Source: a virus (lineage: Duplodnaviria; Caudoviricetes). Taken from it: a DNA stretch of 64,000 bases. Shown one piece after another: positions 40,403-51,107 of the stretch; position 1 is the first letter of the stretch, and every line of letters begins with the position of its first letter. The DNA lies in the IMG/VR virus record IMGVR_UViG_3300028591_000183, positions 1-64,000 of that record, one strand, 5' to 3'. The notes under the pieces were generated by a model that saw nothing but the letters and a program-made list of their open reading frames with translations, did not search any database and was not told the DNA's origin. The translations under genes and the position numbers were made by a program.

Positions 40403-40780
40403 TTAATCAATTCTGCCGTAATTTCCTGCTTGTGTATATCCTGTATTCGGGTTTGTAGGCAGACCAACGATGTGCAATTCATCAACGCTGTAAACATATC
40501 CGTGCGCTTCGCCTGTGTAGCTGTAGCTACTTGCAGAACTCTGTGACTTCTTACCGCTAGTCTTTTCAGATTTCTTCCTCTTGGTGAATGCTCCGTTATT
40601 TGCATCGGAGTACAGCCCTTCTTCCTCTGCTTCATCGTCAAGGCACATATATTTCTTGTAGAATGCATCGGGGTCACGCTTGTAAAGGTCTGTTGCTGAT
40701 TCTTCACTTGCGAAAGAAGTGATTGTTGTTAACTGAGCTACGATAAGAACTGCCATAAGTGCTGATATAATTTTCTTCAT
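40403..40780 (-). CDS. secreted or membrane hypothetical protein
   Basis: Signal-peptide-like N-terminus. Confidence 0.65.
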   Translation of the reverse strand: MKKIISALMAVLIVAQLTTITSFASEESATDLYKRDPDAFYKKYMCLDDEAEEEGLYSDANNGAFTKRKKSEKTSGKKSQSSASSYSYTGEAHGYVYSVDELHIVGLPTNPNTGYTQAGNYGRID

Positions 40781-40950
40781 GATATTTTCTCCTTAGATTG
40801 AAATAATTAACGTGTTATCTCTTACAAGAAGCATCATTACTTTACGTGATAATACTTCTTCTGAAAGCTGATATGTAACATTACTGTTCCAATGGCTTTC
40901 AATCCTGTATTCAGTTGTATTTAATGTAATTGAAATAATATCCTGTACTG

Positions 40951-41217
40951 TCATCCACATTCACATTCTGAACCTGTAATTTGCATGAATTTTTCTTTTG
41001 TCAACTTTACATATCTGTTTGTTCTCTCGTTTAAAACAAACATAGGAAAGTATTCCAATCCGTTGATTGATTGTGATTCTATGTCTTGCTTTAATTCCAA
41101 GAAGGTTTCCCATGCATCCTTTGGTTTATTCCTGCTTTCAATAAAATTGTTAATATCTTTTTGTAAATCTAGCGTAATATTCATGTGATGATACCACCAA
41201 TAATAAAAGCTATCCAT
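40951..41217 (-). CDS. hypothetical protein
   Basis: RBS and ORF. Confidence 0.6.
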   Translation of the reverse strand: MDSFYYWWYHHMNITLDLQKDINNFIESRNKPKDAWETFLELKQDIESQSINGLEYFPMFVLNERTNRYVKLTKEKFMQITGSECECG

Positions 41218-41229
41218 TATATAATCTCC

Positions 41230-41814
41230 TTATCCTGCAAATGGAATACGGTATTTATCCTTAAGGATTGTGTTTATATCTTCTTCATCGACTCTTAGAT
41301 ATCTTTGAGTGATGTTGATTGAAGAATGGTTAAGGAAACGGCGTGTAAGCTCTATATCATTACCGCTTTCCCTGTAAATCGTCATTCCTGCATGTTTTCT
41401 GAATGAGTGGGTTGATATGTTCTCGTAACCATCTCCAAGACATTTACATACCTGTTGGATTTTCCATTGAAGAGTACGGATGTTGGTATCAAATATATAA
41501 TCATTCGGCAATTTGTTGCGCCCTACAGCGTAAGCAATAACCATGTTATATATCTGTGACGGGATAAGGGTAGAACGGGTTTTCCCTGTCTTTTCCTCCT
41601 TGATATTGTAGTAGCAATCATTTCCGTGTTTGATAAAAGAGTTCATTGTGAGCTTCAAACAATCTCCGATACGCAACCCGCAATTTCCTGTAACTGTAAG
41701 GATAAGTGCCATTTCCTTATTTGGCTTTATCTTACCATTACCCTTGTATAAGAGATTGATGATAGCATCAAACTGTTCATCGGTGATACATGTTGTTTTC
41801 TTATTCATAATCAA
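41230..41814 (-). CDS. minimal tyrosine recombinase (catalytic domain only)
   Basis: GLRIGD, KTGK, THSFRKH, LNHSSINITQRY; 194 aa. Confidence 0.9.
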   Translation of the reverse strand: MIMNKKTTCITDEQFDAIINLLYKGNGKIKPNKEMALILTVTGNCGLRIGDCLKLTMNSFIKHGNDCYYNIKEEKTGKTRSTLIPSQIYNMVIAYAVGRNKLPNDYIFDTNIRTLQWKIQQVCKCLGDGYENISTHSFRKHAGMTIYRESGNDIELTRRFLNHSSINITQRYLRVDEEDINTILKDKYRIPFAG

Positions 41815-41941
41815 TTCTCCTTATATCCCATGATATCTGCCATTCTTTCTGCTTCTTCACGGGTCATATCTGCTGTAAGTGTAAGCCATAAAACATAATC
41901 ATTACGGTCATAGAATATAACATTAAGTACCTTATCCATAA

Positions 41942-43282
41942 TTACCTCCCATAGTATTTAAGAAAATCGTTACCAAAACTTGAAAGCTGTTCGTTTGTGA
42001 AGTCGTGCTGATTGTTAAGCTGTAAATCCATGACTACGTTGCAAATCTCGCTGTCTGTAAGTAGACCGCCCTGCAATCTCTGTGGCTTTTTGTTGTTCAT
42101 GCCATCAAGGTAGAGCATATCGCCGTGTCCCTGTAACATCTCTGCACCGATTTGGTCTAACACTACCATAGAGTCTGTTCTTGACATAACAGACAGACAA
42201 ACCCTAGCAGGAATGTTGGCTTTTATCTGACCCGAAATAACCTTAACAGTAGGACGCTGTGTTGCAAGTACCATGTGGATACCACTAGCTCTTGCTTTCT
42301 GTGCAAGTCTTACGATATTAGATTCAACAGATTTCTTGTAAGCTGACTCCATCATATCTGCCATCTCGTCAATCACAAGGACAATCTTAGGAAGTCTGTT
42401 GTCGGGATTTCTTCTGTTGTAATCATCAATTTCACGGCTACCTGCATTTGCCATAACTGCATAGCGTCTGTCCATCTCTTTACACAGCTTAGATAAGAGC
42501 GAGATAGCTTTCTGTGTATCAGTAATGTATTTGCAGTAGTGAAGATGTGAATAACGTCTGAACTCAACCATCTTAGGGTCAATGAGGAAAAGCTGTAAAT
42601 CATCGGGAGTGTTACGCATAAGCAGGGAAGTAATAACACCATTGAGGAATACAGATTTACCACTTCCTGTTGTACCTGCAACAAGGAGGTGTGGCATCTT
42701 GGCAAGGTCACCATAGATGTTCTCACCTTTTGCATTCTGACCGATAGGAATGATTGTCTTTGAACGTTCCATCTTGTATCTGTTATCATGCATGAAGTCA
42801 CCGAAAAGAACGGTAGAAGACTTCTGAGGGACTTCAACAACAATCTTTGCACCGTCATTGAATATCCTTGTTTCTTCGTTGTCTGTAGCGTATTTAATCT
42901 GTCTTGACAGCTTGTATGCCTTATTGATATTGTTCATGGGTCTGAACTTCATTGTGATAACGGATGCACCGTTAACACATTCAACGGGAAGGAGAGTAAC
43001 ATTCTCATTAAGTTCGATTGAGCGACGTATCTTTTCTGCATAAACCTGCGCCATGTTTGAGCTACCCTTTGAGGTATGATATTTGAATGTATTACCATAT
43101 ACAGGGTTGTATAACTTAGGAAGTCTGAATGGATAATCATATTCGTAGTTGTCAAACAAAGGGCTGTTATCTGTTGCTCCACTTACGCCTGTAAGAGTCC
43201 TTCCAAGTGCCATCAATCCTATTGAAAACTTCATCATTTTATTTGTATTTATCATTGTACGTATCCTTTCATCTTTAACCAT
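41942..43282 (-). CDS. FtsK/SpoIIIE-family DNA translocase
   Basis: PHLLVAGTTGSGKS, IDPKMVEF, LVIDEMAD, LATQRP. Confidence 0.9.
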   Translation of the reverse strand: MVKDERIRTMINTNKMMKFSIGLMALGRTLTGVSGATDNSPLFDNYEYDYPFRLPKLYNPVYGNTFKYHTSKGSSNMAQVYAEKIRRSIELNENVTLLPVECVNGASVITMKFRPMNNINKAYKLSRQIKYATDNEETRIFNDGAKIVVEVPQKSSTVLFGDFMHDNRYKMERSKTIIPIGQNAKGENIYGDLAKMPHLLVAGTTGSGKSVFLNGVITSLLMRNTPDDLQLFLIDPKMVEFRRYSHLHYCKYITDTQKAISLLSKLCKEMDRRYAVMANAGSREIDDYNRRNPDNRLPKIVLVIDEMADMMESAYKKSVESNIVRLAQKARASGIHMVLATQRPTVKVISGQIKANIPARVCLSVMSRTDSMVVLDQIGAEMLQGHGDMLYLDGMNNKKPQRLQGGLLTDSEICNVVMDLQLNNQHDFTNEQLSSFGNDFLKYYGR

Positions 43283-43980
43283 GATTCATAATCACATTGA
43301 CGTAACTTATTAGCATAATATCTTAATGATTTGTTGAACTGTTCTGTGTATATCTTTTCCATCATACCGTTTATGTCATCGGGTTTGATGAACTCTAAAG
43401 TCTGTTTATGTTCCTTAATCAGCTTTATAACTTCCTGTCGGATTTTTGCGCTTTCCTGTTCGTTGGTGTAATCAGAAATTGCTTTAGCTTCTTCACTAGG
43501 AACTACACATGCTTTAAATTCATGGTACGGGTCATCATCGTATGTGTAATGATTAAGTCTGTCCATACACCATTCAACATCATCCATTGTGAGATTACAG
43601 TATTTAATAATTTCTTCCATCATTGTCTTACGTTCATAAGTACCGTTCCAATGATGCTGTTCAAACATGTATGTTGCAAGTTCTTCTCTTGTAACATTTG
43701 TCCTGCCTTTGAACTGTCTTAAATCTGTGTTACGGATGATATCATTGTGTTCATCGATGGTCTGTTGAGCTTCGGAGATTGTAGCCTGTACGTACTGATA
43801 GTCAATCGGTTCTGCTTCAACCCGAGGTCTTGGCTTTTTGGGTTCTTCAACAGGCTTTTTATGGTTCTTATGTACGATATAGAGGATAGCCCCGATTACA
43901 AGAATAAGAGGGAAATATTTATAGAATAAGATAAGTAGCGTTACCGTAAACACGATAAGCAGGATTCTTTTTGTCTTCAT
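43252..43980 (-). CDS. membrane-anchored hypothetical protein
   Basis: N-terminal TM segments. Confidence 0.65.
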   Translation of the reverse strand: MKTKRILLIVFTVTLLILFYKYFPLILVIGAILYIVHKNHKKPVEEPKKPRPRVEAEPIDYQYVQATISEAQQTIDEHNDIIRNTDLRQFKGRTNVTREELATYMFEQHHWNGTYERKTMMEEIIKYCNLTMDDVEWCMDRLNHYTYDDDPYHEFKACVVPSEEAKAISDYTNEQESAKIRQEVIKLIKEHKQTLEFIKPDDINGMMEKIYTEQFNKSLRYYANKLRQCDYESWLKMKGYVQ

Positions 43981-44045
43981 GATTGATACCTCTCTGTAAA
44001 TCATTGCGTATTTTGTCAATTCAAGTATAATATTGAATAACTACT

Positions 44046-44081
44046 AAAGGCTATAAACTATTTATAAAGTTTATAGCCTTT
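44046..44081. repeat. perfect 14-8-14 inverted repeat
   Basis: AAAGGCTATAAACT-atttataa-AGTTTATAGCCTTT. Confidence 0.85.
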
Positions 44082-44126
44082 CGCATCGTTATTTCATGAG
44101 GGATATAAAAGATTGTAATTTACTTT

Positions 44127-46278
44127 TTAGTAGTATTCATCAATACATTCGTCTGCTTCGGTGTAATACTGCCCGTCGTACCCTTCATCCATTATCTTGT
44201 CGTAACAATCCAAACAGACAAGCCTAAAAGGAATACCGTGGCAATCTCTTGTGAACTGCATATCGTTTCGTTCTACCTGCTTACCACAGCAAGCACATTC
44301 TCTGATATCTGACATAATCAATTCTCCTTGTTTAATCTTCTTAATACTTTTTAAACTCTGTATATAGTTCTTCATCTTCTCTATTCATTTGCTTTTCCAA
44401 GTAAATCATATTATCTAGTGCTTGGAGTGCTATCAACATTGCTATATCTTTGTCTGTTCGTGGTATTTTGTCCTGTTGATAACCTATTGATAGAAAATTT
44501 TCTTCAATTTTTTTGTATGCTTCTTTTCTTGTCATAATCAATCCTCCTTAATTAACTCAATCTTAATATCGGTTGCTTTCCATTCTTCAAGGTTTTTTAA
44601 TTGATGTGTAATGATATCTGCTGTAAAAATTTGATTTTCGATTTTTTCACCTTTTGAAGTTCTCCAACTCATTCTGTATTTATACATTAAGCATTAACCT
44701 CCTTGCTATCAATTTTTATTTTGATAAAGTCCGTTTTAGTATTCGATTTTGAATACATCCTTATTACAGGATAATTGAAGTATTTTTTATAATCTTCGTT
44801 TGTTTCATAGCGGTTATCTGAAATAAGAACTCCGTCTTTAACTACTATGAAATAATCATCCTCATGTATAATATTGTTTTCAAATAAATCTCTAAGTAAT
44901 ATCATTAACTTACCTCCTGTAACATAATATTCAATTCGTAACCTTCGATAATTTCTAATAGCTTATCTGCAAGTTCCCTACGATTAAGGGTGTTTGTGGT
45001 GTAGTAGTAATAGCTCTTTTTGCCGTTGTCGTTATCTTCAACGCATATTGTGAAGTGTTTGTACTCAAATACTTCATCATTCATATCACGGCAAACTGCA
45101 AAGGTAACAGTACGTTCATAATCTCTGAACTGATTTTCGCTGTCATACACACAGTACCAACCCTCCACATCGTCAAGGGTAAAACCTGCATTTCTGTAAA
45201 TCTCATTGGCAATAGACTTAACTATTTTCTTATTGATAAAGTACATATTAACCTCCAATCTTAATTGAATAACCGTTGTTGTGAAGTTCATCCATAAGCA
45301 GGTCAAAATCCTGTTTTCTTAAAAGTTTGATAGACTTAGGAAGACTTTCCTCTGTCTTAAAATAGAGAAAGTCCATATCTGCTGTATCAATAAATACAGT
45401 AGGATATTCATTTGCTGTAGTGTTAGTAAACTGAAATGTGAGCTTCATAATCAATCCTCCTTAATCAATGTTCCCTGCCTGTCCTGCTGATTGTAAAACA
45501 ATCGCTTCAAAATCATTGCCCCAAAAAGCTATGATATTTCTTTTCTTGCACCCATTAAAGGTTATGTCTTCTGCATAATTGGAGTTCTCGGGCTTAAACA
45601 TGATTCTTGCATTGTCGGGCAATTCATTTAACCAATACTTCATTTCCTGTACTGTCATAATCAATCCTCCTTATATGATACTTCCATGAATTTAAAGATA
45701 TCTGCCAAATCTGCTATGATGTGATACTGTTTGTTTGTGTAGTTCTTATTATGGGTTGCAAGATAATCAAGGTTGTCTTTTATTGCCTGTAAGAAGTCAT
45801 CACCAAGAAAATTATCATTCAAGTGATACTCTTTTAAGAAAGAATCGGGACTACAATACTGCTGTTTAAATTCCTTCTCTTTAAAACGTAAAGTGATTTC
45901 ATTAGCCATGTTGTTACCTCCTTAATATCCGTAGTGTAAAACAACAATCTCATTATTCCATTCAGATTGATTAAATCCATTTAATAGTGCTAAACATGGC
46001 GCATACCGCCTGTAGTCGTCATACTGCATGGCATTGGCTATCATGTTTATCATTTCCTTAAGTGGGATTTCCTTTAGCTTTTCACCATATTTGTCTTTAT
46101 AGATAAAGCTGTCACCTTCAAGGAAATAAGCATCCGTTTCCTTTGCTTTCATGATTGCTGACAAAAGGTTGTTGCCTACACAACAAAGATTAAAACTTGC
46201 TATCATATCAGCCCAATAGCCATTTTCATCTTTTGTAGAAGACTTCCTTACTACATATAACCTGCTTTCATATCCCAT
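44127..46278 (-). other. run of small hypothetical ORFs (44127-44315, 44341-44541, 44687-44905, 44905-45246, 45248-45454, 45461-45664, 45661-45909, 45922-46278)
   Basis: Several share the RBS AAGGAG(G/A)ATTGATTATG. Confidence 0.7.
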
Positions 46279-46352
46279 ATCATTACCTCCTTAATTGAAA
46301 CTAATTAACAGTAAAAGCACTTACAGGCTGTGACACCTGTAAGTGCTGATTC

Positions 46353-47036
46353 TTAAAATGTTATGTTTGGCTTTTCCACAGCTTCAATAGCTTTTTCTAT
46401 CCTGTGGTAGTAGTCAGAGAGTAGCTTTAATTCATCAAGAGTTAATTTTCTTGTTGAATTATCGTCGTTGGCTATTTCAACTATATCTGAGTTATGCCAT
46501 AAACTACAGTTGGGGCGTGGCAGATTCACGCTATTACTTAAATAGTAGTTTACTTCTTTAGTGAGTATTGAGTATTCATCATGTTCTTTAAACCATGATT
46601 CTTCCTTGTCTGCTAAATTAGATATCATGCGAGTGAATGAATGAGTTATAACCTCATTTATCTCTTTTGTATCCATTGTGAGCCATAATGAGTATGGATG
46701 ACTCCATGATGATACATAGTAAATATCAAATCTCATACATTCTTGCGGACTTCGGTAAGAAGGAACGTTTACACCGTTACGCTTTAACCATGCTTTAAGT
46801 GAATTTGTGTTGTATCTTGGTGAACCATCCCATGTTGTACCTTGACTTTTGATAGTGCTTTTCTCCTGCTGAAATTTCTTATATACATTCCAAAACTTAT
46901 CAAAGTCAAAGTTTGCGTATTCATGCAGGGCTTCCTGCTGTTCTTCAAGAGTGTAGCCATCTGATACAAATTTCTTTTCAAAATCATTCATATTCCTGTA
47001 CTTCATTTCTTCCACATTCCAAACGAATTTTGCCAT
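46353..47036 (-). CDS. hypothetical protein
   Basis: Flanked by hairpins. Confidence 0.7.
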   Translation of the reverse strand: MAKFVWNVEEMKYRNMNDFEKKFVSDGYTLEEQQEALHEYANFDFDKFWNVYKKFQQEKSTIKSQGTTWDGSPRYNTNSLKAWLKRNGVNVPSYRSPQECMRFDIYYVSSWSHPYSLWLTMDTKEINEVITHSFTRMISNLADKEESWFKEHDEYSILTKEVNYYLSNSVNLPRPNCSLWHNSDIVEIANDDNSTRKLTLDELKLLSDYYHRIEKAIEAVEKPNITF

Positions 47037-47110
47037 ATTTTTTCCTCCTTAAATTAAATAAATTAACAGCAAAACCGCCTGTAAGCTGTGACACTTACAA
47101 GCGGTAGTAA

Positions 47111-47617
47111 TTAAACCAAATCCATGATATCTACGATTTCTGTATCGGGCTTTTCAAGTTTGAACTCACCCCAACAAGTACAATCCGAGTTTTTTAACAC
47201 GGTCTTTTGGACAAGTGCCATAAGAACGATATTGAGATAGCAGGTTACTTTTTTGCTCAATTCATCATCCTCAATCTGATATTTTATTGAGCTAAAGAAC
47301 TCAGATATCTCTTTTACAATCTGATTCTCTGTCCCGTGGTATACAGCCTGTTTTCCGATTTTCTTGTATTCCTTAAAATCGTCGCTGTAGTCGTTTGTAT
47401 CAGATTCGCAAGTATCATCGTGATATTGCTTCTGAACTGACTTTGCATTGGCTTCATAAAGCCAAGTAAAGAGTTCCTTGTAGTCATCCTCATTGAAATT
47501 GCGGTTATCCCTGTGGTTGTATATCCACAAGGGTTCACGATAGAACCCTTCGGACATTCCTACAATAGCTCCTGCACATCTCATGTAATTTACTTTACCG
47601 ATAACAAAACTGCTCAT
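47111..47617 (-). CDS. hypothetical protein
   Basis: Flanked by hairpins; ATGGAGG RBS. Confidence 0.7.
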   Translation of the reverse strand: MSSFVIGKVNYMRCAGAIVGMSEGFYREPLWIYNHRDNRNFNEDDYKELFTWLYEANAKSVQKQYHDDTCESDTNDYSDDFKEYKKIGKQAVYHGTENQIVKEISEFFSSIKYQIEDDELSKKVTCYLNIVLMALVQKTVLKNSDCTCWGEFKLEKPDTEIVDIMDLV

Positions 47618-47691
47618 TTTCTTACCTCCATTCATTGTTATTTGTTTACAGGAAAAAAGGGTTAAAGCTGTGACACCTTAACCCCTTACAC

Positions 47692-48057
47692 TTATTCGTA
47701 CTGTTTAAGCTTATCTAAATCCCATTCGTATAAATCATAGGTACAATAACCGCTAGTCTGATAATAACCTGTAGGCTTGCCAAGTTCGTACTTCTTTACA
47801 AAATCTGCGCCCCAAGGACAATTATTAGAGTCAAGATAAGACCTGTTATTCTTCAAGTAGTCTTCATAATCATCATCGTTTTCAAAGTCTTCACGCTGTA
47901 CATTCAAACATACTGTAAGAGTGGCAAAGGGTTCTTCAAAACCGCCATAATCGGGACAAAAACTGTAAAGCTGTATTGCCAACGTATTATCGGCTGTGTA
48001 CCTGTTCAACTCGATTCTTGTGATTTTGAATACTTCACCATAAAGATTTACTTCCAT
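47692..48057 (-). CDS. DUF4313-like protein
   Basis: EPFATLTVCL...YLDSNN...GKPTG...SGYCTY. Confidence 0.7.
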   Translation of the reverse strand: MEVNLYGEVFKITRIELNRYTADNTLAIQLYSFCPDYGGFEEPFATLTVCLNVQREDFENDDDYEDYLKNNRSYLDSNNCPWGADFVKKYELGKPTGYYQTSGYCTYDLYEWDLDKLKQYE

Positions 48058-48132
48058 GCTTTTTACCTCCATTATTTAAGCTAAATTAACAGAAAATAAG
48101 AGCTATAGCTGTGATACTATAGCCCCTCATAA

Positions 48133-48390
48133 TTACAGGTTATAAGCCTGTTTAAATGCATCCTCAAACGGGATACCTGCATTCTGTAAAGACTCAATCT
48201 GTACATATTTTGTAGCCCTATCAATGCATTCAGATTGAGTTTTACTTGCAAAAGTTTGTAGTCCGTTAAGTTGCTGTGTTAACCGCCCGTCACTATCGAC
48301 GTACTTGTGATTTATAGCACAGTAATAACCTTTGTACTGTACTATTTCAAAAACCTGCCCTTCAACGTGTAACTGTGTGATATGCTTCAT
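48133..48390 (-). CDS. hypothetical protein
   Basis: Cassette with the conserved leader. Confidence 0.7.
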   Translation of the reverse strand: MKHITQLHVEGQVFEIVQYKGYYCAINHKYVDSDGRLTQQLNGLQTFASKTQSECIDRATKYVQIESLQNAGIPFEDAFKQAYNL

Positions 48391-48463
48391 TTTTCTACCT
48401 CCATTCATTGTGATTTTTAACAGGAAAAAGAGGTTAGAACTGTGACATTCTAACCTCTTATCA

Positions 48464-49222
48464 TTAAGCTGTAGCCTTAAGTTTATTGAAGGCTGTAGCT
48501 ATTTGAACTATGGATTCTTTATTACTTTCAAGTGTCTTAAGATATCCTATGAATACTTCCGATAACTTATCCTCAATATCATTTAAAGCCCCTGTGAAGT
48601 GGGTCATAGGTAGTCCCAACACGGGGTCAATGATAAAGATGGTAGTATTAAGATTTTTCCTACACCATCCGTCTGTGGTGTACGCCTGTAAAGGCATACC
48701 ACGATATTCAAAATGATAACCGATATGGTTTTCTATCTTGCCATTCTCCCAAACGGGCTTAAGCTGTGTAGGAATAAAACGTATCACGTTACACTTCTTA
48801 AGTTCTGTGATATTTTCTGTAGGTTCAATTACTTCTGTATCCTGCTTAACCTCATTAAGTGGTGATACATTAAATGCTTTTACTAAAAAGTCGTTTCGCT
48901 TTTCTAACCACTTATTGATAATGGATACATCATCGTCATTATCTTTAAGTTTGTTGGAAAAACAATCGTACACTTTTTTGATTAAGGAATTTACATAACC
49001 TGCTAAAACAGGCGGGTTATCACTTCCTTCAATCATGGTTACAACCTTTTTAAATTCCGTCTGATTAAAGATTGTAATAAGAGTTGCACTATCAATCTTA
49101 AAGTGTCCCTTACCCTGCTTATAGGTGATTTCTACAACCTCATTGTCGGATAAAGCGTCGTTAACCCACTTATAATAAAGAGTGGAAGACTTTCCAAAAG
49201 GTTTTGAACTAAAAGTTAACAT
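48464..49222 (-). CDS. hypothetical protein
   Basis: Cassette with the conserved leader. Confidence 0.7.
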   Translation of the reverse strand: MLTFSSKPFGKSSTLYYKWVNDALSDNEVVEITYKQGKGHFKIDSATLITIFNQTEFKKVVTMIEGSDNPPVLAGYVNSLIKKVYDCFSNKLKDNDDDVSIINKWLEKRNDFLVKAFNVSPLNEVKQDTEVIEPTENITELKKCNVIRFIPTQLKPVWENGKIENHIGYHFEYRGMPLQAYTTDGWCRKNLNTTIFIIDPVLGLPMTHFTGALNDIEDKLSEVFIGYLKTLESNKESIVQIATAFNKLKATA

Positions 49223-49300
49223 ATACTTACCTCCATTTTCATTGTGTGCTTATTTAAGGTGAAATAGGGATACAGGCTGTGACCCCTGTATCCCTCATGA

Positions 49301-49969
49301 TTAAGCGGTTTTTGTAATAGACTTAAACAGGCATTCGCCCTTAACCTCTATATACTGACCGCCGTTTCCGTTCAATATCTGACGGATAAGTTCTTTACTT
49401 ATCTCTTCAATAGTGTAGCGGTTATCGCTTCTCGCCTGTACTGTAGCCACTTTTGTGTTACTTCTTACTTCTGTTTTTCCGTACTTCTTGGGGCTGTAAG
49501 ACTTGCCATTATTTGACGTTGTAGCGGGCTTTTTAGGCTTGTTGTCAACGGGGGCGGGGGTTGTTACCTGTGTGGTAGTAGGGGCGGGAATAGCGTCTAT
49601 TTTGCGCCTTGTACCTGTAATTTTGCCCCCGCTAAACTTAAGCGTGTAAACGTGGTAGTCATCCTGCACAATCAAGTTCCCTTCATTCATATATGGGGCT
49701 ACTTTTTCAAGTACATCCTTAAATGCTACATGTACGGGAATATCCTTCACTACAGGATAAAAACGATTGTCCTTAAGGGTAAATTTGATATTGAAAATAT
49801 CAAATATTTCCTTAACAGACTTTGCACTTGTCAAAGTGTCGTACCACTCACAATTACTTGCGTACTTGTATCCCAACATAGCAGACTTAACAAGCCCTGC
49901 CACTACGGGTACATTCTTTACTTCAATACTTGTTGTAGCGGGTGAATACTCATTGAATGTGTTTGTCAT
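49301..49969 (-). CDS. hypothetical protein with a Pro/Thr linker
   Basis: Cassette with the conserved leader. Confidence 0.7.
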   Translation of the reverse strand: MTNTFNEYSPATTSIEVKNVPVVAGLVKSAMLGYKYASNCEWYDTLTSAKSVKEIFDIFNIKFTLKDNRFYPVVKDIPVHVAFKDVLEKVAPYMNEGNLIVQDDYHVYTLKFSGGKITGTRRKIDAIPAPTTTQVTTPAPVDNKPKKPATTSNNGKSYSPKKYGKTEVRSNTKVATVQARSDNRYTIEEISKELIRQILNGNGGQYIEVKGECLFKSITKTA

Positions 49970-50061
49970 AATTAAACCTCCATTTATTAAATCATTGTTT
50001 TTAGTTACTTCCTTAATAGGAAAACCCCGCATAAGCTGTGACACTTACACGGGGTTATTAC

Positions 50062-50997
50062 TTAAGCGGGTAGTAACATTCTCATTGTGTTATCAAGAAG
50101 GTCATTCCCTGCTAAAGTATTCTTAAAGCGGTTTTCATTGTAGTTTTTGGTTTTTCGGAATGGCTCAATGTGGCTTGTAGTATCCGCTACAGCCTGTACA
50201 AGCCTTGCGCCTGTATATTCAAGTTCCCTTAAATCGGGGGCATTCTTGAAGCGATAAAGGATATCGTCACGGATTGTCTTATTGTTTTCCTGCTGTGATT
50301 TACCCATATCCTCATCGATGGGTACAACCTTGTTAAGAATTGACCTTACCTCAAAATCAGATAACTTGATTTTATACAGGTCTTCAAAAGTATCATTGAC
50401 CGCCTGCATATACTCATGCGCAAATTGTAAAGTCTGCTCAGCTTCACGGAGTTTAGCATCAATACTTCCAACATGACGTGCGCTCCATGTACGTTTTGCA
50501 CTCTTTAAAGCCATGTTAAGTGTATTCTGACAAACAACCCTTACAGGGGTCATAGCTACTTTGACCGCCCCGCTTCCATCATGCGTGTTTGTAAAGCAGA
50601 TATACGGGTCAACTTTATCGCCAAGGATTGTGTACTTATCGGGCATTTTAGCAAGTAGCCATATTGTCTTACCATCGTTAAGACTTCCCGCCGTTTCATA
50701 AGTAACACCTTCACCAAGTAAAGAGTCCGTGAACTTGAATGCATCGATATTCTGCACAATCTGATAACGCTTACCGACTACACCAAGAACTTTACCGTCA
50801 CTACTTCTGACATTGGCGTAGTTATCGGGAACTACTACAGCGTCTTCTGTTATGAGTCGCTTCTGTAATACTTTCCAATTAAGACCCGCATAGATTATAG
50901 CGTCTTCACTTGTCGGCGCATTCTCTACCTGTGTACCCATTCCATGCCACGGAGTCTGCCTACCTGCAAAAAACATCGTTTCAACGTTAGCACTCAT
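50062..50997 (-). CDS. DUF932 / TIGR03299 phage-plasmid-like protein
   Basis: MSANVETMF...PWHG.G...YETAGSL..GK.IWLLAK...NTHDGSG...TPVRVVCQNTL. Confidence 0.9.
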   Translation of the reverse strand: MSANVETMFFAGRQTPWHGMGTQVENAPTSEDAIIYAGLNWKVLQKRLITEDAVVVPDNYANVRSSDGKVLGVVGKRYQIVQNIDAFKFTDSLLGEGVTYETAGSLNDGKTIWLLAKMPDKYTILGDKVDPYICFTNTHDGSGAVKVAMTPVRVVCQNTLNMALKSAKRTWSARHVGSIDAKLREAEQTLQFAHEYMQAVNDTFEDLYKIKLSDFEVRSILNKVVPIDEDMGKSQQENNKTIRDDILYRFKNAPDLRELEYTGARLVQAVADTTSHIEPFRKTKNYNENRFKNTLAGNDLLDNTMRMLLPA

Positions 50998-51107
50998 TCT
51001 TTTTACCTCCATTTTTAAAAAAGATTATTTGTACCATATTTAGTTGTAATAGCCCCCTACGGGGCTTAATCCCTGCCATAGCTGTGACACTATAACAGGG
51101 CTTTAAA

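Noticed and set aside
41230-41814. This recombinase as the integrase for the tRNA-Glu attP
   Set aside because: It is 20 kb away and lacks the arm-binding domain that the arm-like repeats imply. Not excluded experimentally.
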